Positions 56,687 through 64,000 of a stretch of DNA of 64,000 nt are shown in pieces. A program made the position numbers and the translations under genes. Source of the stretch: an uncultured delta proteobacterium (lineage in GTDB: Bacteria > Myxococcota_A > Polyangia > Fen-1088). The stretch lies in the NCBI GenBank assembly GCA_963767925.1, contig CAVYGB010000008.1:1120001-1184000 (forward strand). The letters run 5' to 3'. The stretch's first letter is position 1; every line of letters begins with the position of its first letter. A model generated the notes under the pieces. The model was not told the origin of the DNA, searched no databases, and saw nothing but the letters and a program-made list of their open reading frames with translations.

Positions 56687-57865
56687 ATGCCGCTCAGTAC
56701 CTACCGCCTGTCCCTGCTGCCACCCTATGTGCTGGCCCGGGTCGACGAGCTCAAATCGCGCCTGCGCGCCGAGGGCCGCGAGGTCTACGACTTCGGGCTC
56801 GGCAATCCGGATGGTCCCAGCCCCGCCGCGGCGGTGGCCCGCCTCACCGCCGAGCTGGGGCGACCGGGCTTTCAGCGGTACATGCCCTCGCGGGGGTTGC
56901 CCGAGGTTCGTCAGGCCATCTGCGCCTGGTATCAGCGCCGCTACAGCGTGACCTTCAACCCCGACACCGAGGCGGTGGCCACCATCGGCTCGAAAGAAGG
57001 CATCGCCCACCTCCTGCTCGCGCTGGTGGGGCCGGGCGACGGCGTGCTGGCGCCCGATCCGGGCTATCCCATTCATCAATGGGGGGTGGTGCTGGCCGGG
57101 GGTCAGCCCTTGCCGGTCGCGGTGGGGCCCGACAAGAACCCCTTCGCCGAGATCGAGGCCGCGCTGGCCCGGGCGCCGCGGCCACCGGTCGGGCTCATCG
57201 TCAATTTCCCCCACAACCCCACCACCGCGATCGCCGACCTGGCGTTCTACGAGCGGGTTGTGGACCTGGCCCGCCGTTCGAAGATGTGGGTGATCTCCGA
57301 CCTGGCCTACGCCGACCTGGTGTTCGACGATCGGCCGGCCCCGAGCATCTTCCTGGTCAAGGGCGCGCGGGACGTGGCCATCGAGTTCTTCACCGTGTCG
57401 AAGAGCTATTCGATGCCCGGCTGGCGGGTCGGCTTCGCGGTCGGCAATCCCGATCTGGTGGGCGGGCTGGCCACGATCAAGGGGTACCTGGACTACGGCG
57501 CGTTCGCGCCCACCCAGCTCGCGGCGGCTACCGCCCTGGGACAGGGCTGCGATGGCGAGGTCGCCTCCAATCGGGCCCTGTACCGCCGCCGGGCGGAGGT
57601 GCTCGGGGGAGCCCTGGCGGCGGCCGGCTGGCAGGTGGCGGCGCCGCGCGCCACCATGTTCCTCTGGGCTCCCATTCCGGAGCGCTTCCGGGCCATGGGA
57701 GCCGTCGACTTCTCGGCCGAGATGCTCGAGAAAGCCGGGGTGGCGGTGGCGCCTGGGGTGGGTTTCGGGGCCGGGGGGGAGGGGTACGTCCGGTTCTCCC
57801 TCATCGAGTCGGATGACCGCGTGCAGCGCGCCGCCGAGCAAATCGGCAAGCTGCTGAAGTCGTGA
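56687..57865 (+). CDS. PLP-dependent class I/II aminotransferase (AlaC / LL-DAP aminotransferase-like)
   Basis: DFGLGNPD, IGSKEG, NFPHNPT, DLAY and SKSYSMPGWRVG. Confidence 0.9.
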   Translation: MPLSTYRLSLLPPYVLARVDELKSRLRAEGREVYDFGLGNPDGPSPAAAVARLTAELGRPGFQRYMPSRGLPEVRQAICAWYQRRYSVTFNPDTEAVATIGSKEGIAHLLLALVGPGDGVLAPDPGYPIHQWGVVLAGGQPLPVAVGPDKNPFAEIEAALARAPRPPVGLIVNFPHNPTTAIADLAFYERVVDLARRSKMWVISDLAYADLVFDDRPAPSIFLVKGARDVAIEFFTVSKSYSMPGWRVGFAVGNPDLVGGLATIKGYLDYGAFAPTQLAAATALGQGCDGEVASNRALYRRRAEVLGGALAAAGWQVAAPRATMFLWAPIPERFRAMGAVDFSAEMLEKAGVAVAPGVGFGAGGEGYVRFSLIESDDRVQRAAEQIGKLLKS

Positions 57866-57870
57866 GGGAA

Positions 57871-57900
57871 TTGACAGGGCCCCTGTCGACAGAGTAAAAC
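57871..57900 (+). promoter_or_regulatory. Sigma70 promoter of rplM with an overlapping palindrome
   Basis: TTGACA-N18-TAAAAC; inverted repeat GACAGGG-C-CCCTGTC at 57873-57887; ATG 9 nt downstream with no SD. Confidence 0.55.
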
Positions 57901-57909
57901 TCGCGCCTC

Positions 57910-58359
57910 ATGCCGGCCGTAGCTATCAAAAACCGCTCCACGTTCCAGGCGAAACAACCCTTCGATCACGCCTGGTTCGTCGCCGACGTCGAGGGGAAGA
58001 CCCTGGGGCGCGCCGCGACCCGCATCGCGCACATCCTGCGCGGCAAGCACCGCGCCTCGTTCACCACCCACGAGGACGCAGGCGACTTCGTCGTCGTGAT
58101 CAACGCCGAGAAGATCGCCCTGACCGGCAAGAAGTGGACGGACAAGGTCTACCACGACCACTCGCTTTACCCGGGCGGTCTGCGCACCAAGACGGCCTCG
58201 CAGCTTCGCGATCGTCACCCCACCGACCTCGTGAAGCGAGCGGTCTGGGGGATGTTGCCGAAGGGGCCGCTCGGCCGCCGCATCTACAAGAAGCTGAAGG
58301 TCTACGCGGGCGCCCAGCACCCGCACGCGGCCCAGCAGCCCAAACCCCTTGCCCTGTAA
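57910..58359 (+). CDS. rplM: 50S ribosomal protein L13
   Basis: W..D..GKTLGR..ILRGKH, GDFVVVINAEK, GMLPKGPLGR and HPHAAQQP. Confidence 0.97.
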   Translation: MPAVAIKNRSTFQAKQPFDHAWFVADVEGKTLGRAATRIAHILRGKHRASFTTHEDAGDFVVVINAEKIALTGKKWTDKVYHDHSLYPGGLRTKTASQLRDRHPTDLVKRAVWGMLPKGPLGRRIYKKLKVYAGAQHPHAAQQPKPLAL

Positions 58360-58380
58360 ATCGGACCTCGGGAGACGTTG

Positions 58381-58779
58381 ATGATCGATAGCGACAAGAG
58401 CTTGTATTCCACCGGCCGCCGCAAGAAGGCGGTCGCCCGTGTCTGGTTGCAGCCGGGCAACGGCAAGATCGAGATCAACACCCGCAGCCTCGAGGACTAC
58501 TTCGGGCGCGAGACCTCCCGGATGGTGTTCCGGCAGCCGATGGAGCTGACCGAGACCTCGGGGCAGTTCGACGTGTTCGTCACCGTGCTCGGCGGCGGCC
58601 TGTCCGGGCAGGCGGAGGCCATCCGCCACGGGATCTCCCGGGCCTTGATCAAGGTCAATCCGGAGCTGCGTCCCGCGCTCAAGAAGGCCGGCTACCTGAC
58701 GCGCGATTCGCGCGCCCGTGAGCGCAAGAAGTACGGTCAGCGCGGCGCCCGCGCTCGCTTCCAGTACAGCAAGCGCTGA
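58381..58779 (+). CDS. rpsI: 30S ribosomal protein S9
   Basis: [34 protein letters not shown]. Confidence 0.97.
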   Translation: MIDSDKSLYSTGRRKKAVARVWLQPGNGKIEINTRSLEDYFGRETSRMVFRQPMELTETSGQFDVFVTVLGGGLSGQAEAIRHGISRALIKVNPELRPALKKAGYLTRDSRARERKKYGQRGARARFQYSKR

Positions 58780-60251
58780 TGTCGCCTCCGCGCGGCGGAG
58801 GACCACCGGTTCGGTCTTTTGCGCGCGGTCCTCGACGGAGGCTCCTCGGCAAGCTCCTGCTTGCCGCGCTGGGGCCCACCCTGGCTGCGCTCGGCGGTTT
58901 CGGTTTCTTTGCGCACGAGACCGCCCGGCGCACGCTCGAGGAGGAGATGGGCCGCCGGCTGGGAACCGCGGCGGCCGGCGCCGCCCTGCAGGTGCTGCCG
59001 GCCCAGATCCGGAGCATAGGGGCGGGTGACGAGGAGCTGCTGACCTACGCCCGCTTGCAGCGGATCCTGGATCAGGCGCGGCAGCAGCTCCAGGTTCGGC
59101 GGGTGGCCCTCATCGCCGCCGATCTGACCGGGCGGGGCGACAGCGAAGGCCGGATTGCGCTGGGGGCGCGGGCGCACGAGCTCAGCGCCGACGCGGTCGA
59201 GCTGGCCCGGGCCGCCCGGGGCGGAACCGCCGCCTCACCCCTGTTCGTCGGCTACGACGGACGGGCCTACAAGCGGGCCTACGCCCGGGTGGGGACGCCC
59301 GACGACGTGGCCGGCTTCGTCGTGGTGGAGGCCAGCGCCGACTACCTGCTCTCCCTGGCTCGCTTCCGCCGCTGGTTCATGGCGGCGGGCGCGCTGGGCC
59401 TGGGGCTCATCGTGGCCTTCACGGCGGCGTTCGCCCGCCACCTCACCCGTCCCCTGGGGCGCCTGGCGGCGGCCGCCGAACGGATCGGGCGCGGCGACCT
59501 GGAGGCGGCGGTGCCCATCGAGACCCAGGACGAGGTGGGGCTGCTGGCCGCCCGCCTCGACGACATGCGCTCGGCGCTGCGGGCCCGGGACGAACGGCTG
59601 CAGATGATGCTGGCGGGGATCGCCCACGAGGTCCGCAATCCGCTCGGCGGCCTGGAGCTGTACGCCGGGCTGCTGCGGGAGAGTCTGGCCCACGAGCCCG
59701 AGCGGCTGGCTGACCTCGCCCGCATCGAGCGGGAGATCAAGTACCTCGAGAACGTGGTCACCGACTTCCTGGAGTACGCCCGCCGCCCCCGGGCCGAGCT
59801 GCGTCCGGTGCCCCTGGGACCGCTGCTCGAGGAGGTGGCCGAGGTGGGGGCGTTTGGCCGCGGCCCTCCCGGGCCGGGGGCGGTCGCCATCGAGGCCGCT
59901 GCCGATCTGGTGGTGCTCGCCGACCGCGGCCAGCTCCGGCGTGCGTTCCTCAACCTGGTCCGCAACGCCCTGACGGCCGCCGGGCCGGGGGGCCGCGTGG
60001 TGCTGTCGGCCCGGCTGGAGGACGGTCCCGAGGGACGGACCATCGCCTGCGAGGTGCGCGACAGCGGCGGGGGCGTCCCCGAGCCGCTGCGCGAGAAGGT
60101 GTTCGAGCCGTTCTTCACGACCGGCGAGAAGGGGACCGGCCTCGGTCTGGCCTTCGTGCGCGAGATCGTGCGTGATCACGGGGGGGAGGTGACGGTGGAC
60201 GTCGCCCCGGAGGGGGGCGCCCGGTTTCGCTTTCGCGTGGCCGCGGCCTGA
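58779..60251 (+). CDS. Membrane HAMP-domain sensor histidine kinase
   Basis: Two TM segments, HAMP, H-box AHEVRNPL, N-box NLVRNA, DSGGG, FEPFFTT and GTGLGL. Confidence 0.92.
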   Translation: MSPPRGGGPPVRSFARGPRRRLLGKLLLAALGPTLAALGGFGFFAHETARRTLEEEMGRRLGTAAAGAALQVLPAQIRSIGAGDEELLTYARLQRILDQARQQLQVRRVALIAADLTGRGDSEGRIALGARAHELSADAVELARAARGGTAASPLFVGYDGRAYKRAYARVGTPDDVAGFVVVEASADYLLSLARFRRWFMAAGALGLGLIVAFTAAFARHLTRPLGRLAAAAERIGRGDLEAAVPIETQDEVGLLAARLDDMRSALRARDERLQMMLAGIAHEVRNPLGGLELYAGLLRESLAHEPERLADLARIEREIKYLENVVTDFLEYARRPRAELRPVPLGPLLEEVAEVGAFGRGPPGPGAVAIEAAADLVVLADRGQLRRAFLNLVRNALTAAGPGGRVVLSARLEDGPEGRTIACEVRDSGGGVPEPLREKVFEPFFTTGEKGTGLGLAFVREIVRDHGGEVTVDVAPEGGARFRFRVAAA

Positions 60252-60270
60252 TCGCGTATGCTTGCCGGCG

Positions 60271-61724
<1,454 letters not shown>

Positions 61725-61728
<4 letters not shown>

Positions 61729-62748
61729 GCCAGCCCACCCTGCTGTTCGCCGATGAACGGATGCTGGGGCACGACCCGGGGCCCGGTCACCCGGAGTCAC
61801 CCGCCCGCCTGGAGGCGCTCCTGGCCGACTTCGCGCGCAGCCCCCTGCCCGGGGTCGTGCGCCGGGCCCCCCGGCTCGCCACCCGGGCCGAGCTGGAGGC
61901 GGTGCACACGCCGGCCTACGTGGGCAGCCCTCGAGGCCCTCGCCGGCAAGGCCGCGCGGCTCGACCCCGACACCGTCGTGTCGAGCGGGAGCTGGGAGGC
62001 CGCTTGCCTCGGGGCGGGGGCCGCCGTGGCGGCTGTCGAGGCCGTCTGGGCCCGGGAGGCGGCCAACGCCTTCGTCTGGGCCCGGCCGCCCGGGCACCAC
62101 GCCGAGCAGGCCCAGGCGATGGGCTTCTGCCTGTTCAACAACGTGGCGGTCGCCGCCGAGGCCGCGCGCCGGCTGGGCGCCGAGCGGGTGATGATCCTCG
62201 ACTGGGACGTGCACCACGGGAACGGCACCCAGCACTTCTACGAGACCCGCCGGGACGTGCTCTTCCTGTCGTCGCACCAGTACCCGTTTTACCCGGGCAC
62301 CGGCGGTCCGGAGGAGATCGGGCGGGGGGCCGGGCAAGGGTTCACCGTGAACTGTGGTCTCCCCGCCGGGCAGACCGACGCCGACTACGGCGCGGTCTTC
62401 GAGGATCTGTTCCTGCCGATCGCCGACGCCTTCGCGCCCGACCTGGTCCTCGTGTCGGCGGGCTTCGATCCTCACGCGCGCGATCCGCTGGCCGAGATGG
62501 AGGTCAGCGAGCGGGGCTTCGCCGCCATGTGTGCGGCCATGCGCCGGCTGGCGGCGGCCCATTGCGACGGCCGGCTCGTGCTGGTGCTCGAGGGCGGTTA
62601 CGACCGGGCGGCCCTAACCGGGTCGGCTCGCGCCTGCCTCGAGGTGCTCACCGGCCGCGACGAGACCTTCCCGACGGGTGTGCAGCGGGCGGGGGAGGCG
62701 CTGGCGCGCAGCCGGGAGGCGCTGGCCGGCTTCTGGCCGCTGCGGTGA
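61725..62748 (+). pseudogene. Histone deacetylase (AcuC/HDAC) family gene with a +1 frameshift near 61922-61924
   Basis: The frame from ATG 61725 gives GHPESPARL..LEAVHTPAYV. The next frame gives AALEALAG..RPPGHHA..GFCLFNN..DWDVHHGNGT..SAGFD..LEGGY. There is one extra G in GTGGGCA. Confidence 0.85.
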
Positions 62749-64000
62749 CGGCGCGGCTGCCCTCCGGCCTGTGGCCGGGGCCCTCGGGCCCGGCCGTGGC
62801 GACGCTGTTCTCCCGGCTCTACGCCCTGCTGCTGATCGTAGCCTGGCTGTCGCTGGCGGTGCAGGTCGAGGTGCTGATCGGCCGGGAGGGCCTGCTCCCC
62901 CTGCGCGAGCTCGTCGCGCGCGCGGCGGGAGCCAGATTCCTCGACTTCCCGTCGATCCTGCGCTGGCCGATCCTGGCCCGGGACGGCGTCTTGCTGGCCG
63001 GCACCCTGCTGGGGGCGGGGCTCGGCGGGGCGGCGCTGCTGGGTCGCTGGCCCAGGCTGGCCTTCTTCCTCTCCACGTTCCTGTACCTGAGCTACGCCAC
63101 CGCCTGCCGCAGCTTCCTGGCCTTCCAGTGGGACAACCTGCTGCTGGAGTGCGGCCTGCTGGCCACCTTCTTGCCCCGGGACCGCAGCAGCCCCGCCGCC
63201 CACCTGCTGTTCCGGATCGTCCTCTTCAAGCTCTACTTCGAGTCGGGCCTGGCCAAGTGGCAGTCGCCCATCGGCGACTGGCACGACGGCAGCGCCATGA
63301 CCTACTACTACGAGACCGCGCCCCTGCCGACCGCCCTGGGGTTCATCGCCCACAACTTGCCGCCCTGGTGGCACCACCTCGAGAGCCGGACCGCGCTGGC
63401 CCTGGAGCTGGTGGTCCCCTTTGCCATCTTCGGCCCGCGTCGGGCCCGCCTCATCGCGGCCGCCGCCTTCACCCTTTTCCAGCTCATCGACGCCGTCACC
63501 GCCAACTACGGCTTCTTCTGTTATCTGGCCCTGGCCCTGCACCTGTTCGTCCTGGAGGACCGGGATCTGGTCCGGGCCCGCGAGGGGATCGCCAAGCGGC
63601 TGCCGGGCGCGCTGGCCGCCCGGTTGCGGCTGGTCCCCGCCGCCAGCCCCGGACCACCGGCCGGCGGCTCTCCCTCCGCCCCGGACTGGCGCCGGCGGCT
63701 TCGACGGGGCCTCACCGCGCTGGGGCTGGGCACCTTCATCGGGATCTCGCTGATCGAGGGGCTGGAGCGGTTCGGCGGGCGGGGGGCCTGGTCCCGGACC
63801 CTCCTCCCTATCGAGCGTCTCTATGGCCCCCTGCGGCTGATCAACACCTACCACCTGTTCGCCTCGGTCACCCGCGAGCGGATCGAGCCGCAGGTCGAGG
63901 TCCGCACCGCCGGCCAGTGGCGCGAGCTCGATCTTCGCTACAAGCCGGGTGACCCTGGGCGCCTGCCCTCCTTCGTGGCCCCCCATCAACCCCGGGTCGA
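62745..64000 (+). CDS. Lipase maturation factor (LMF) family membrane protein, partial
   Basis: Not in the ORF track (no stop in the window). Manual translation shows LIGREGLLP, FQWDNLLLECG, SGLAK, YYETAPLP, TANYGFF, YHLFA, YKPGD and APHQPR. GTGA overlap with the HDAC stop. Confidence 0.88.
   Translation, partial: MTARLPSGLWPGPSGPAVATLFSRLYALLLIVAWLSLAVQVEVLIGREGLLPLRELVARAAGARFLDFPSILRWPILARDGVLLAGTLLGAGLGGAALLGRWPRLAFFLSTFLYLSYATACRSFLAFQWDNLLLECGLLATFLPRDRSSPAAHLLFRIVLFKLYFESGLAKWQSPIGDWHDGSAMTYYYETAPLPTALGFIAHNLPPWWHHLESRTALALELVVPFAIFGPRRARLIAAAAFTLFQLIDAVTANYGFFCYLALALHLFVLEDRDLVRAREGIAKRLPGALAARLRLVPAASPGPPAGGSPSAPDWRRRLRRGLTALGLGTFIGISLIEGLERFGGRGAWSRTLLPIERLYGPLRLINTYHLFASVTRERIEPQVEVRTAGQWRELDLRYKPGDPGRLPSFVAPHQPRV

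Overview
High-GC bacterial core-genome segment. The gene content (CdbA/TIGR04563 ribbon-helix-helix protein, FHA-GGDEF, tandem zinc-ribbon/FHA proteins, stand-alone MshEN protein) points to Myxococcota; this is an inference. About 55 CDS are supported. Housekeeping genes include typA, mfd, mutS, mutY, holA, proS, pyrF, rlmB, rpsT, rplM-rpsI, dksA, ygfZ, pcm and pssA. There is also a rubrerythrin/Fe-S oxidoreductase/DUF3501 operon and an HK-NtrC pair. I recognised no rRNA, tRNA, CRISPR array or mobile element. Main signal: cytoplasmic parts of a type III secretion-like machine are split into two mini-operons embedded among housekeeping genes. These are sctK-like/sctL/sctN at 2.2-5.0 kb and sctP-like/sctQ at 19.4-21.3 kb; no export gate, ring, needle or secretin genes lie in the window. 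They are surrounded by c-di-GMP and phosphothreonine signalling genes and two apparent pseudo-enzymes (GlgA-like, acyl-CoA-ligase-like). Other points: a 51-aa highly basic ORF missed by the ORF track, many apparently leaderless promoters, an 18-bp coding tandem repeat, and a single-base frameshift in an HDAC-family gene. All calls come from motif recognition by eye; no database searches were run.
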